DNA from: Eledone cirrhosa
Taxonomy: Eukaryota
Reading direction: 5' to 3'
DNA: 64,000 nt
Assembly (NCBI GenBank): GCA_964016885.1
Contig: OZ024741.1
Span: 332,072,001-332,136,000, forward strand
Below are positions 13,639-28,991 of this stretch, in pieces. Below the pieces are notes generated by a model that saw only the letters and a list, made by a program, of their open reading frames with translations, was not told the origin of the DNA and ran no database searches. Positions within the stretch are counted from its first letter, which is position 1. Every line of letters starts with the position of its first letter. A program made the position numbers and the translations under genes.

Positions 13639-14966
13639 CACATATATGATGCATGCAAGTTCTCAATTATTTTTAAAATAACGTTTTCATTATTATGCTA
13701 GTGGTTGTAAGACTCTTTAACAAAGTTCTTAGATAATTATGGACACTTCAGAACAAAAAGCTTTGAATCATAGAAGCAGAAATGGTTTCAAGAGATTTGG
13801 TTAACCCTTTCATGAGCATATTTATAATAAAATATACTCTCTTTCAATTAAATAATGCAGAATTTTGAAGGATTTACTCAAATAATTATTTCATTCCTAA
13901 TGTAATAACTTAACATATGGTTCTTGAATAATATCATGCTGGAAGATATAAATTTTGGTGGTTTTCTTTCATAGAACCAGAGCCAGTTTTGACTGGGCTG
14001 GTATAAAAATGTTAAGACAGTAAAGTGTGATTTAGGGAATTTGGCTGTTAATTGTAACAAATCAAGTAATCATGTAGATATTTCTTTGTTGGCTTATAAA
14101 TTGTATTTTTCTTCTTCTGCTGCTGTTCTTACTTATTCCTGGGATGGTCAGGCTGAGAGGGGTGGGGGGTGGGGGGACAGAATCTTCTGTCACACTTTCT
14201 AGAAGCTCCTATCAGAAGCAACCATTTCCAAATGATCCGGCTGTGACCAACCCAAGCTCATGGATATTATCCAGCTATTTTGCATGTGGTCTACCTCTGG
14301 GTTTCCTGCCAGTTGGTTGGGTTTGCCCTATAAAATCTGTCCAGGGATTCTTTCCTTAGACATAATCTTAGTGTGTATTCAAAGGGGATGTAGAAGTAAA
14401 GATATGAAGATGGTGTGATGGTTCTATTTACAAGAATACAGATCGGAGTTGGCTACCCACATGGGTATGCCCCTCAAGGTGTAGTGGCTGTTCCAGTGCT
14501 TTTCCTTCACCATCCTCCAGGACAATGTCTTCTCCATCTTATCAGCCAGGACCACGAGGCGGACTGACCTTTAAGTTTCATTCATGGTTGTCACATGTAG
14601 AACAGATTTACTTGCATTTTATTATATTGCGTAGACTTACACAGCTGTCTTTTGTTCACATATTTTGTTATTGTTGTTGTAGTTGTTGTTGCTGTCAGGG
14701 AGGGAAAAGCAACATCCATAACTCTTTACATTACATTAGTTCAATATATCAAACAACTAAATAAATTTATAAATTTACCCAATTTAACATCATTGAATTT
14801 TCTCAATCGATAACAAAAGTTTTGCTCCAAAGAACATCGAATTTCTCCAATAATTTATATTCCAATTAGGAATTTGGATATATAATAATATACATGTTAG
14901 AAAATCATTACTTACTTTTGGTAACGCTTCATAGTTAAAGACAAATGAGGTTAATTCTTTCAATAG

Positions 14967-15006
14967 AGTTATGGGAAGTTGGGAAGTCGACATTCTGGGA
15001 TAATTT
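14967..15006 (+). CDS. Candidate exon 2 (40 bp) of the host gene
   Basis: ttctttcaatag| acceptor and |gtgagc donor; phase 1 to 2, (E)LWEVGKSTFWDN(L); bridges the phases of the neighbouring candidate exons. Confidence 0.45.
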
Positions 15007-15450
15007 GTGAGCTCAAGAACTACATATTTCTAAAATAACTAACTTCATATTTGTGTGCATGTGTGTATGTGTGCATGTGTGTGCATGTGAGTGTGTGCAC
15101 ATGTATGTTTGAGAATGTACATGTGTGTGTATATATGTGTGTGCATGTGAGGATATGCACATGTGTGTGTATGCATGTGTGTGTGTATGTTTGTGAAAAT
15201 CATTATCATCATCATTATCCTCATCAATTTTACATCAGCTTGTCCAAGCTTCCATAGGTTTGATGAGTCTTCTACAATACATCATCCTTCCACTTATTTC
15301 TCTCCTTTGTCAAGTCCTTTATGACCTTCACCATCTAGAGATTCACTTTCACCATTTCTGCCCAAATATTTCTCAGCCTCCCTCCACCATATCTTCCTTT
15401 TATATTTACTAATGTTATTAGCTAAGTTTGTACACACACACATACACATA

Positions 15451-15483
<33 letters not shown>

Positions 15484-15524
15484 CCCGTCTAAACCCATGC
15501 TAACGTGGAAGATAGACGTTAAAC

Positions 15525-15563
<39 letters not shown>

Positions 15564-15599
15564 ATATAGTATTTGACTAAATAGAATTAGTCTGTTAGT

Positions 15600-15718
15600 T
15601 GGCATTTAAAAAAACCCTCTGAATGGAAAAAAGGATGAGTATTGATGTACATGGGACATGAATCCACATTTTTGGTTTGTTGGACCAATGTGTTACCATT
15701 ACACCAACACGCCACCCA
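15600..15718 (-). mobile_element. tRNA-like SINE head (degenerate)
   Basis: Minus strand gggtggcgtgttggtgtaatggtaaca...gtggattcatgtcccatg has A-box and B-box-like motifs. Confidence 0.5.
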
Positions 15719-15996
15719 TGCTTCCTTCAATTCATTTAGAAGCTATAAAATCATAGCAGGTATATATATATATATATGTATATAAATAGCTGTTTCCAAA
15801 CATGACTTGCTTTGTGTCTCCCTATTTATATACATATATATATACCTGTTATTTAATATATACCAGACCACCCATGACCCGTTGGGTCACGTTACGTCAG
15901 GATATTTTAAAAAAATCATGTTCACTTAAAAATAATTTTTAAATAATTAAAATATACACAGACATGTATATAATGTGAAATGAAACTGGAAGACCC

Positions 15997-16030
<34 letters not shown>

Positions 16031-16537
16031 ATATATATATATATATATGTGGGTGTCTGTGATCTATATACACTGGTCATAGATACACACACATATATTT
16101 ATACACACACATATATATATATATATACACAACAACACCACCAGCTCTCTCTCTCTTCCATTCTCCTTCTCTGTCTCCTCTCCCTCTCTCTATGTCCCTC
16201 TTTCAATCTACTATCTCACAACCACTATCACTTTCTCTCTATCCTTCTCTCTCTCTCTTTCTCTATGTTTATGAAGGTACCTAGAAAAACCCTGTATCTT
16301 GGGAAGCTGTGCTCCAATTTACACGAAACTTGTTTTATTCCATTTCTATTCCCATTTCAGAGTCAACTTCCTTTCAAAGTATTTTCCCATTATGCTCCCT
16401 TTTGGTTGTATTACATTACAGACAAGCAAGCAAGCAATCACAGAGTTTTAGTAGTATATATATATGCGTTAACCTAATATATCCCTTCCATATACTGTAT
16501 CGATTGTGTTGTTATTTCTGTTTACGTTTTACGTACT

Positions 16538-16591
<54 letters not shown>

Positions 16592-16961
16592 GAACAATGA
16601 AACCAAAAGACAAAGCTTAGTGCTTAATCAGTTCCTTGTTTTATAATCATTTAAGAATGTTGATTGGTCATGATAAATCGATATAGTGACTAATTGATAT
16701 TTGTTATGTAACTCTATATCATTAGTCTTGATACTCTAGATCCATCTTACTTGTCAGAAACAGTATACACTCACACACAGATATATATATACATATATAT
16801 ATAAATACATATATATATAAATATATATGTATATATATATATATATTAATAAGAGGAATTCCAACTTTGTCTGATTTACTCGTTTTATTTACAATCCTTT
16901 AAAATTTATAATGGTATTATAATGAAATAGTATGGTAGAATATTAAATGTTAAGTGTTAAT

Positions 16962-17000
16962 TGAACAAGTACTTTCATGCTTTCGCAATCTTCAGGTTCA
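16962..17000 (-). ncRNA. Minimal type-I hammerhead ribozyme, mirror copy
   Basis: Exact reverse complement of 17073-17111. Confidence 0.7.
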
Positions 17001-17072
17001 TAATGTGTGGTGACAATCAAGTTTGCAATTTTCAACTGTGAAAATTGCAAACATGATTGTCACCACACATTA

Positions 17073-17111
17073 TGAACCTGAAGATTGCGAAAGCATGAAA
17101 GTACTTGTTCA
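17073..17111 (+). ncRNA. Minimal type-I hammerhead ribozyme (PLE-type)
   Basis: TGAAC-CTGAAGA-tTGC gaaa GCAt-GAAA-GTAC-T-T-GTTCA: stem I TGAAC/GTTCA, core CUGANGA..GAAA, palindromic stem III AGTACT. Confidence 0.75.
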
Positions 17112-17286
17112 ATTAACACTTAACATTTAATATTCTACCATACTATTTCATTATAATACCATTATAAATTTTAAAGGATTGTAAATAAAACGAGTAAATC
17201 AGACAAAGTTGGAATTCCTCTTATTAATATAATCTTCTATACACAATCATACACACCCGTGTATATTTATCTATATATATATATAA

Positions 17287-17434
17287 ACGTGGTTGGTGTT
17301 AGGAAGGACATCCAGCTGTAGAAAACCTGCCAGACAGTCCTTTACGAGCGAGACAACCAATCTTGCCTCAAGTGGGACAATTCCCGTCTAAACCCATGCT
17401 AGCGTGGAAGATAGACGTTAAACGATGATGATGA

Positions 17435-17437
<3 letters not shown>
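17287..17437 (+). mobile_element. RTE 3' tail fragment
   Basis: gtggttggtgttaggaaggacatccagctgtagaaaac...cgttaaacgatgatgat matches 4567-4727. Confidence 0.85.
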
Positions 17438-17493
<56 letters not shown>

Positions 17494-17660
17494 TGAGATG
17501 TTACTAGTACTCTATACATAAGAAAAGTAGAGTGTAGATTTTAGGATTTTCTACTTATGGTTAAGCATTTTCAATTTCAAACTGCAGGGCCGAACATTTT
17601 TAATGCTGGCATGCATGCTTGCACACACACACACACACACACACATATTCATATATAGTA

Positions 17661-18181
17661 CTAGCTAAAGTACCCGTCCTTTGGACGGTTCAAGTAGCTT
17701 TCGATGTATCTCATTAAACTAAACAAAGTAAATTTGAATACATAGAAGAAAAACGTACTTTATGTAAACATGAAAACCTTAGGCACTATTCTAGCGAAAT
17801 AATTAATATGTGAGCTCGGTGTCATCCATTATCCCATGTAACAACAGAAATCCAGTCTAGGTATAAAGTACAAAGAGTAAAGTAAAATCCAAATGACCCG
17901 AATTGTAATAAGCAAAATCCCAAAACAAAATTTTTGACAACATCAAAAATGAGTTCCTATTGTATTGACGAAAGATAATTCTTGTCTTACTTAATCACGA
18001 AAATTGACACAAATAACCGAAACTTTTTTAATGTCTCAAAGGTCCCAATATTGATTTTTGAAAGCCTTTGTAGATCATGTACAGGTTTTGTGCAAGGAGA
18101 AGCTCTGTAAAAAATTTCAAAGAAATCGCATAAAAATTGTCCACACACACAGAGAAAACTTCAGCTTTATATATATACAGA
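17661..18181 (-). mobile_element. Non-autonomous Helitron
   Basis: Minus strand starts A|TCTGTATATATATAAAG and ends with hairpin ccgtcc-aaa-ggacgg then CTAG|T. Confidence 0.8.
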
Positions 18182-18231
18182 TAATTAAAATTTCATACAC
18201 TTAACATGTATGCACGACCTTAAGTTTCCAG

Positions 18232-18322
18232 GTCCAGTTTTGGCCATCACTATACAGTAGAGGAACTGTTACAATACTGGCCTTTAATAGGGTGCCAGGA
18301 TGAAATTACCTATGGATATCAT
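18232..18322 (+). CDS. Candidate exon 3 of the host gene
   Basis: tttccag| acceptor and CAT|gtatgc donor; the only open frame is phase 2 to 0, SSFGHHYTVEELLQYWPLIGCQDEITYGYH. Confidence 0.55.
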
Positions 18323-18654
18323 GTATGCATGCATACATACATATATGCATTGTTATATTGGGAGGGGGGCGGGGCGGTCGGTCAGATTGTCAATAACAAA
18401 CACATGCAACAGTTGAATTTCACTTCATTATCAGTTTTATTATTAGTTAGGTAACTAATCCATTCCTTGGTAATAAAAACAAGATGGATTAAATAGAACA
18501 AAATCAAAACAAAAAAAAAGAGACAGAGCACAGCAATAATATTCATTGAAAAGGTCACATAATGTGTGATGAAAGATCTTTGACAAATATGGCGGTTAAA
18601 CAACTATCTGGTTACTAAACTAACTGAAGAATGGATTAGTTAACTAACTAATAA

Positions 18655-19062
18655 GTGTTTCTTATATAGGCACAAGGCCAGCAATTTTGGGGGATTAAAT
18701 CGACCCTAGTGCGTGACTGGTACTTTATTTTATTGACCCCATAAGGATGAAAGGCAAAGTTAACCTCGGCGGGATTTGAACTCAGATCACAAAGTAATTC
18801 TATGCTGCAGAGCATGGTGTCCGATCTTCTACTGATACTGCCAATCCACTGCCCTAGTTAACTAACTAATAATTGTTTCTACTTTTGGCACAAGGCCAGA
18901 AATTATTCCAGTGTATTACTGGTACTTTATTTTATCGACCCTGTAAGGATGAAAGGCAAAGTTAACCTTGGCAGGATTTGAATTCAGATCATAAAGGGGC
19001 GTAACTCTATGCTGCAAAGCATGGCATCCGACCCTCTACCAATACTGCCAATCCACCAGCCT
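18655..19062 (-). mobile_element. Two tandem tRNA-derived SINEs with Deu/Nin-like domain
   Basis: Minus strand gagttcaaatccc B-box followed by tttgcctttcatccttac..gtcgataaaataaagtaccag; many copies in the window. Confidence 0.8.
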
Positions 19063-19749
19063 TAGTTAACTAACTAATGATAAAACTGAAATGAAAATCA
19101 ATTGATGAATGTGTATTTATTAGCAACATGATCCTCCCAATGCATAACAATATCTGTTTCTACTCATGATTTTACCCCAAGAATCTTACAAAATAAATAC
19201 AAAAATAAAGTATATATGCATATGTGTGTGTGCGTGTGTGTGTATGTGTCTGCATGTATATAGTATATATATGTGTGTGTGTATGTATACATGTGCGTAT
19301 GTATGTGTATGTGTGTGTGTATATATATATATATCGAAAAAGGACACTCTTCGACAAACCTACATTTGGCGCAAAATCAATTTTTAACATTCACGTGACC
19401 TCTACCGACCAATCAAAATTGTTTTGACTACAAGAATTTTTGCAACACAAATTGGCGCGAAACTTATAGTACTTATTCACGTGACATTCAACAAACAACC
19501 AAATCTTAATACATCTGGAGCCACTTTTTTCACATAAAACAGGTAGAATTTCCAAAAGTGATCAGATTAGAGCAAACATCACGGGCGTTCTATCTCAAAA
19601 TTATTTTTGAAAAGCATTAGAAATGCACAACCGGTAAAAACTTAAAACTAAAACTGAATACTAACCAATACTTATTACTAATTTTTACTTATTCCTAATT
19701 AAACTATTTTTCACTGGGAAAAATTTGTCAGCATTTTCTTTTCCTTTTA

Positions 19750-19820
<71 letters not shown>

Positions 19821-20574
19821 TCAAACTTAGCTAATAACATTAGTAAATATATATATATATATATCCAGTTTCTCCTACAATGGAGAATTTTTTAACCATG
19901 CTGCTTTTTATTACAATGATGTCATAAAAAGGACAGTGGTTTCAAAGATAGGCTATATTACATTAATTGTTTCTACTTTAGGCACAAGGCCAGCAATTAC
20001 CCAGTGCATTACTGGTACTTTATTTTATCGACCCCGTAAGGATGAAAGGCAATAATGATTGATACACTAAGTAGCATGTATTCAATGTGAATATATGATA
20101 GAGTATACTCTATGTAAGTAATACAAGTTTTAGTTGTCACAATGGTTTGTAATGAAATACACTATAAAAATCTAAACAAGCATTTTAATCTCTGTGACTA
20201 GAGAAAAAGGAGATTTATCTGGCTGGTTTTAGTGCCTTCAGCAGCTATGTACTCCTATATTCTAGAGAATATAATCCATTGGTGGAAAGTTTTTAGATAC
20301 AAATAAACAATAAAAATAAATTTTGTATCATAGATCTGAGGGTGGTTTCAAGCAGTTTGGTATCAAAATTATTATTTAATTACTAACATAACAAATTATA
20401 TTGGAAGGTTTTTATTTAAATAGGAACCATTTTAAATGGGTATTTTTTGTATCAAAAGGGTGGTTTTGTTTCATAGAACTAGAGACAGTTTTGGTGGGTT
20501 GATATCAAAAGAGATGATATATAGAAGCAACAAAGAAGCTGAAGAAGAAGTATAATCAGCGATATGGAATGAAC

Positions 20575-21295
20575 CTTTGTCAGTTTCGACGATGAATGTT
20601 CTGGTTGTTCGATCAACAGAACAGCCTGCTCATGAAATGAACTTATATGTGGCTGAGCATTCCACTAATACATGAATCCATAACATTATTTTCACGGTGA
20701 TACAGCATAACAGAGCGTGTGACAAAGCTGGTCCTTTGAATTACTGGTACCATCCATCTGATGGAGTTCCAAACAGTTTCCATCTACATAAGTTCATTCA
20801 CAAAGCATAGTTTAACCCAAGACTATGGTAAATAACACTTGCTCAAGATACCACACTCTAACAAGACCCAAGGCCATGGTAAATAATATCAGCTCAAGAT
20901 GTCACACACTCACAAGACATAGGTCAACTTAAATGACACTTGACCAAGAAGCCAGACATTGGGATCAAACCTTGCTGTATCAATTTATAACTATAGGGTA
21001 TTAGCAAGTCTAAATAATATGATCCTTGTACATTCCACAGACACGTGTATCCTTAACATAACTCTCACAGACACAGAGTGACACAGTGTGTATTGTGAAA
21101 AGGCTAACTATAATTTGAATTATAAGTACAGTCCATTTGACATGCATCCAAACAGATTCAGTCTACCCCAATGTCACTCACATGGCATGGATTGACCCAA
21201 GGCTAAAGTAAATAACATTTGCCAAAATTGTCACTTTGTAGGATCGAACTCGGGAGCCATATTGCGAAACGTACTTCTCGATTATTCAGTCACAG
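20575..21295 (-). mobile_element. Cluster of degenerate SINE-like repeats
   Basis: Internally repeated blocks (cagtttccatctac..acccaaggcta..acacttgc..gggatcgaac); gtggctgagcattccac also occurs inverted near 42058. Confidence 0.5.
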
Positions 21296-21478
21296 TGCAT
21301 CAACGATAACAATATATGTAAAGGGAAATAATTCCTAAAAATATTTCGCAGTAGCGTCCCTTGAAAACTCACAATCTATTAAATGTTATTTATTTGATGT
21401 CTCATTTATGTAAGCATGGAAAAGCGGACGTAAAAGCGATAGTGATGTGACACACACACACACACGCTCTCTCTCTCT

Positions 21479-21831
<353 letters not shown>

Positions 21832-21842
21832 ATATATATATA

Positions 21843-22075
21843 TGAAGACGCATGGCTTAGTGGTTAGAGGTTGTGAGTTCGATTCTTGGAAGGGATTTTT
21901 GTTACGTTCTTGAGAAAAACACTTTATCTCACGTTGCCCCAGTTCACTCAGTTCCAGTTCACTAAGCCTTTCCCTTGGACAACATCGGGAGACTAGTATG
22001 CATGGGCGACTGCTGGTCTTTCACAAACAACCTCACCAGACTTGTGCCTCGGAGGGGAACTTTCTAGGTGCATTA
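21843..22075 (+). mobile_element. tRNA-derived CORE/V-like SINE
   Basis: tggcttagtggttag A-box, gagttcgattc B-box, cttgagaaaaacacttt. Confidence 0.75.
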
Positions 22076-22875
22076 TCCTTACCCATATATTATATATATA
22101 TGGTCTTTATTGTGCTCAAATCTATTCATAAGGCACCTATTGTCATCTGTTGTAATGCCCATATTCCTAAGAAGAAAATATATTAAAAGGTATTTAAAGA
22201 TTGCATAACATAATTTTAAAAATATATTAAGAATACCTAATAAAGAAAATAATTAAAAAATATATTCTACGAAAATTATAAAACATATACAGAACTTCAG
22301 TATATACAATGTTTTTAGCGTCGATAGATTTATAATCATTTGTAAGAGATTTTATTGATAGTGTTCACTGTGTTTTGGAGGCAAGCATTGCTCTTTCACA
22401 CTCCTCATTGTAATGGAGTATTTATAAATACGAGAATACTAAGCTTACAATGCTTTCCACAACAGTACAAAATGATGAAGGATCAAAACATCCTTCAGTA
22501 TTAAAGGATTGCTTTTCTATAAATTTAAACAGCTGAGAGGTGCTTATCTGTAACTCCTAGTGTCCCTCTCTCTGCCTTTGTTATTCGAACTGAAGAAATC
22601 TCCGAGACTGGGAAAATCCCAGGGCCCTCTCTGTCCCACCTCCCACGTTCCGTTTTCGGAAAAGAAGGTGATTGCAAGCATGTTGGAGGTCAGATTAGTT
22701 GAAAACACACGAAAAAACCTAGGTAAAAAAAATGTTCACGATCTTCATATATATGTCTCCATCTTCCACTGTTGTGTGTGTGTGTATATATAACCCCCCC
22801 CCCCCATCTCAAGCGTGAACCTAATACTAACACTTTGTACTGCACTCTTCGCTATTGTTTTTGTTTTCTGTTTTA

Positions 22876-22925
<50 letters not shown>

Positions 22926-22930
<5 letters not shown>

Positions 22931-23123
22931 AAAAAAGTATGACTCCGACGGCAGATGTCAAGCCGTTTCGACGGCTATTTCTGGACCAGAAATAGCCGTC
23001 GAAACGGCTTGAGCTCTGCCGTCGGGATCATACTTTTTTCCTATTACCCACTCTACTACCCTAAGTATTGAGTACTCTGGTGCGTTATGGTCCATCTGGT
23101 TCCTTACCACATCTCTTTCGTTA
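22926..23123 (+). repeat. Family X copy with a 119-bp terminal palindrome
   Basis: 22926-23044 is symmetric about 22985 with a few mismatches. Confidence 0.92.
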
Positions 23124-23149
23124 TATATATATATATATTTATACATATA

Positions 23150-23318
23150 TGAAAAGTTCCGGGCTTTGGGAAAGTACAGGAGGATCAATTAATTAAGCTT
23201 TTATTCAACATATTCCCCTCTCAGATACACAAACTTATTGCAGCGGTCCTTTCTCCCCTGTAAAAGTAACAGCTCTACCCTTTTGCGATACACTTAAGCC
23301 AGGAACTTTTCAGCACCA
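23150..23318. mobile_element. Tc1/mariner-like MITE
   Basis: Terminal inverted repeats tgaaaagttccgggctt / aagccaggaacttttca. Confidence 0.6.
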
Positions 23319-23776
23319 CAGTATATATACACATACAGCAAGAATGGGAGACGCATATGCATAGATAGAAAAGAGGTAGTGCGGAGGGGGGTAGTGAGAG
23401 AGGAGGAAGAGGAGGGGGAGAGATTAAGTCAGATGTCAGACCGGCAGACAACAAACATAATAAAATGTAGAAAAGTTTTAGTTAGTTAGAGAGAGGGGGA
23501 GGTGGATTTAATCAGAGCTGAAATAGTATTTCACTTTCTTTTTATAGATATGAGAGATGATCAGACAGTATCACTGAACTAGAAATAGCAGTAAATTCTC
23601 ACCCAACTCGTCCCACCACTCCATTTTCAGAAAATAAGTCGACATTTATCTTGATAGAGGTCAGATTAGTTGAAAACACACGAAAAACGTTATTTATTAT
23701 CAATTAGTAGTCATCGTACAAACAAACTTGCTTTTCATAAGAATATAAATATATATCATACTATATATATATATAT

Positions 23777-23829
<53 letters not shown>

Positions 23830-24448
23830 CGTTTATTCTCATATTTACACATATCTTTTCCCTCGCTATCACCCGTCTATTTCGTTCTTACTGCTTCCTC
23901 TTTCTCTGTATCTTTACCCTCTCTAGCAGTCACTCTCTCTGTTAGCCTATTCCTCACCCTTCACTCACTCACTCTCTGTTACTACCTCTCCTCCTCCTCC
24001 TTCTTCCCGTTTGACCTGTGCGTTATTCTTTTCTTTCGCACCCTTGGTCAGGCAGGTCTCCTTTTTTTTCATCCTTTTTTTTCACTCTCTCGTCTACGAT
24101 TTCACAGAACTTATGTTTACCGAATTCACAGACTAGACCCCTTCTTCCTCCCGTTAGACCTGTACGGAATTCCTTCCTTGCTCACATTCCAACCAGGTTT
24201 GATGGTCTTTATTCTCTCTCGTTCACGATTTCACCGAACTTATATTCATGGAAATTTGGGATTTGATTCCTTCTTCCTCACTTTTCGTTGCTTCACCATC
24301 TTTGTTTGTTTACACTCTCGTGTCCCCTTTATTTACGTGTCCCAACGACTTTTTTTAGCCGTTGCTCGCACCAACCGGAGGTATATGGTCTTTAAAGCGA
24401 TGAAATACCAATGATGGTTGGAAGATCAATGATGAAGGACTAACTTTA

Positions 24449-25160
<712 letters not shown>

Positions 25161-25202
25161 ATAACTTGCCTTTGTTATTATTGTTAAATGAAATAATATG
25201 TA

Positions 25203-25250
<48 letters not shown>

Positions 25251-25496
25251 CTTAATATTTGATTGCTTAGCACCCAACATAATGAATATATAATGCATAA
25301 ATATATTAATGAAAGTAAATAAATGAATGTATTTGATTAAAATAATTCATTATATTGCTCACAAAAAAAAAAAACAACTACAAATAGCAGCCGATGGCAA
25401 CTTCCTTTTCGACTTTAAGGGTCTTCACCCTATTCTATAAACTATTTCTAATTTCTCTACACATGAGCTCGCCGTTCTTCATATTTCCAAATATAA

Positions 25497-26394
25497 TCTA
25501 TATATATAAAACTGTGGTTGTCTGTCTGTCTATCGATTTTTGGCACACATCTCCTCTTAGAATCTCTCACGGAATTGCACCGAAATTGCTATACTTGTAT
25601 ATTGAGCCCTAGCGAAGACATCGGAAAAAAAAAATTTCAAATTGACCCACCCTATGTGACGAAATCGAATATAATGTATCGATTTTTGAGCGTAAGTTAT
25701 CAGTTATTTCCCTTTGTTCTGTTTACATTGAGCGTCTTACGTAAAAAATTACGCTGGCTTTCTCAGCGTTTAAAATGACATTAACAGTTGTCGAGCCAGC
25801 AAAATATTGACCTGCAAAATTCATCAGTTCGAACACTAAGCTTCCGTTTTGCTTCATTTCCATTTAAAAGCATTTTAAAACAATATTTTTACTTGAAAAC
25901 AAGTCTATTTAAAGACTACGTAAAACAAGCAAATATTTCGTCGTTAGGCGTGCAGACAGACAGTCGTGCAGACAGACAGTCGTGCAGAGAGGTGATATAG
26001 GCGTGCAGACAGACAGTCGTGCAGAGAGGTGATATAGGCGTGCAGACAGACAGTCGTGCAGAGAGGTGATATAGGCGTGCAGACAGACATAACTGATAAT
26101 TTGGTTACGCTAATGTTTTTCTCTGCGTTGCAGTGTTTACATTTTCGATCTTTGTTAATAAATAACCAGTGCAGTTTTTATCCCCAGCAACCTCTTTTGT
26201 TATAACATTCGGGTTATCGTTATGTTTTCTTAACTTCATAAGGCATATTGTTGGTTGAGGGAATATTAATCAAAAACACCACATGCAAGTCTGCACAGTA
26301 GACACTACAGTTTTTAAGCCAAAAAAGAAACTTAACATTGTAACTTTAACACAGCTACTGAGCGACCCCGAGCAACGCCGGGCTTTACTGCTAG
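25497..26394 (+). mobile_element. Non-autonomous Helitron with an internal 37-bp tandem repeat
   Basis: A|TCTATATATATAAAAC start; 3' hairpin cccg-agcaacgc-cggg then CTAG|T; aggcgtgcagacagacagtcgtgcagagaggtgatat about 3 times at 25946-26090. Confidence 0.85.
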
Positions 26395-27177
26395 TATTAA
26401 ATAAAGCAGCAATTTAAGAAAAAGAAGAAACGAATATACATTTTCAAAATCACGAAAATTAACGAAACGAAGAAAGGATGAAAAGTAAACAACATCATAC
26501 GAATAAATAAATACATAAAATATAGACATAGTGTAGATAACGAAGGAACATGGTGAGTGGAGAGATGCTGTGCTGAAAAGGACTCGTCCAACCCATGCAA
26601 GTGTGGAAAAACGGACGTAAAGCAATGACGAAGATTATGATACTCATGAAGGCGGCATTTGGTTTAAATCATTCATATAATATTGTGTACATTAAAACAC
26701 AAGGAATATCAAAGAAAGAACCAATGAGAAAAGGAAGGCATATTTTCATGAAAAGTAGTAAAGAAAAAACAACGTCGTACAAGAACTATATGCAGACGAC
26801 AATTGCCTCAGCAGACGACACTTACTTGGCTATGTGTAGCTGCGTGTGTGTAGTTGTGTGTGCATATGCGTTTTTATTTAGTGTTGTTCTTTCTTGGCCT
26901 GCCACTTAGTTCTGTATGAATGCTCCTCTTTTAACCAATATGGTAATAGTTTCATTACTATATTTCTACTGAAAAACTGATTATGATATTCAAGAATTTC
27001 GAGTAAGCCAAGGTGCATAACAAATGGTTAAAATAGTCAGAGTTATCTACCTTAGACAAGCTGCAAGTCAATGCTTGCTAAAGGGAAAAATGCGATATTT
27101 ATATAAGACACACACGCATTTGATAATCAGATGGTGAAAATATAATATAACATTTAGATATTACATTGCATTATGTG

Positions 27178-27260
<83 letters not shown>

Positions 27261-27808
27261 CGGTGTGTGTGTGCACATACACATACAGGTATCTACCTGT
27301 CTATGTTAGGGCCAATAATGGCGACGGTGAGATAGATCTAGAGCAGAAGTACCCAACCGTTTTACATGAAAAGGCCACATTAACATTCCAAATTTAGGTG
27401 GGGACGGCATATTAGAATTATCCATAATATCGAAGACAGTTCACGTTATTATGATGACAGACTTGCACTTAACATTGCCACGTTTTCAATCAAAACTTGT
27501 TAGATACACACGTGATTTCTTTTTCGAGAAAGTCTTTTAAAGTCTGTCGCCTTATCTATATGTTGAAGGACATAGAGACACACACGCACCCCCCCCCCCC
27601 CCCACACACACACGCACCCCCCCCCCCCACACACACACATACGCCCACACACATATACACACACACACACACTTTTTGTCCCTTTTTGAAGTTGCGTTGC
27701 CTATATGTTGAATTCTTTTCACAAAAATGCACACACAGAATACACACGTATGTACATATGGAGTATGACGGAGAGACAGAGAAACAGGTTTTCTTTTATA
27801 ATCTAGAT

Positions 27809-27855
<47 letters not shown>

Positions 27856-28159
27856 TGCAAAGTAGTTTGAATTTATATAAAAATTAGCGTGAATATTTGA
27901 AACGTAGCAAAAAATCCTGTCATGCAGTAGCTGGCTACGTGCAATCTGCTTGATAAGAGCATGTTTTCCGAAATTCACCAACATTACACCTGATATTCCC
28001 CTTCCATACATACGCACGCATGTATCAGTGTGTATTTCATGACTCATACACTGTTCACTTTCCTGACGTTTGAATATCATTTATGTACTATACATGTACC
28101 TTTGATGAGTTGTAGTGCACCTGAACACTGTACACAATAATAATAATAATTATTATTAT

Positions 28160-28775
28160 CGTAGAGAGTCGGACGCCATGCTTTGCAGAATAGAGTTACC
28201 GTCCTTTACGGTCTGAGTTCAAATGCCGCCGGGGTTAACTTTGCCTTTCATCCTTACAGGGTCGATAAAATAAAGCACCAGTAACGTACTGGTGTTGATT
28301 TAATCGACTTTCCCCTCCACCCAAATTACTGGCCTTGTACCTGTACTACAAATCAGTCGGACACCATGCTTTGCAGCAAAGAGTTACGGCCCTTTATGGT
28401 CTGAGTTCAAATCCCGCCAAGGTTAACTTTGCTTCTCATCCTTACGGTGTCGATAAAATAAAGTACCAGTAATACACTGGAATAATTAGTGGCCTTGTGC
28501 CAAAAGTAGAAACAATTATTATCTTGTTCTAAGGGCTGCCTGCGACTCTAGAGCCACAGTTTGGAGTTCCCTGATCTGGAGTATCAAGACAAATAACTGT
28601 TTCTACTTTTGGCACAAGGCCAGCAATTACGCCAGTGTATTACTGGTACTTTATCGACCCCGTAAGGATGAAAGGCAAAGTTAACCTCGGCGGGATTTGA
28701 ACTCAGACCGTAAAGGGACGTAACTATGCTGGAAAGAATGGCGTCCGACCCTCTACCGATATGCCAATCCACCAG
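28160..28775. mobile_element. Three Deu/Nin-like SINE copies (two +, one -)
   Basis: gagttcaaat..gttaactttgcctttcatccttac..gtcgataaaataaag at ~28215 and ~28403; inverted copy at 28595-28775. Confidence 0.8.
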
Positions 28776-28899
28776 TGTTACATAACTATCGACTAGTCAC
28801 CATATCGATATATCGTAATCAATCAAACTTCTGAAACGATTGAGCACTAAACTTCGTCTTTTGTTTTCATTGTTCAACACACACACACATACACACACA

Positions 28900-28982
<83 letters not shown>

Positions 28983-28991
28983 GTATATATA

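Larger units (their letters stand above)
16842..17231. repeat. 390-bp near-perfect palindrome (193-bp arms, 4-nt loop)
   Basis: Arms are symmetric about 17036/17037; one mismatch seen (caatcaagtttg vs caaacatgattg). Confidence 0.97.

Noticed and set aside
15640-15718. Functional tRNA gene
   Set aside because: A/B-box-like motifs are present but the cloverleaf is degenerate and continues into repeat sequence; called a SINE head instead.
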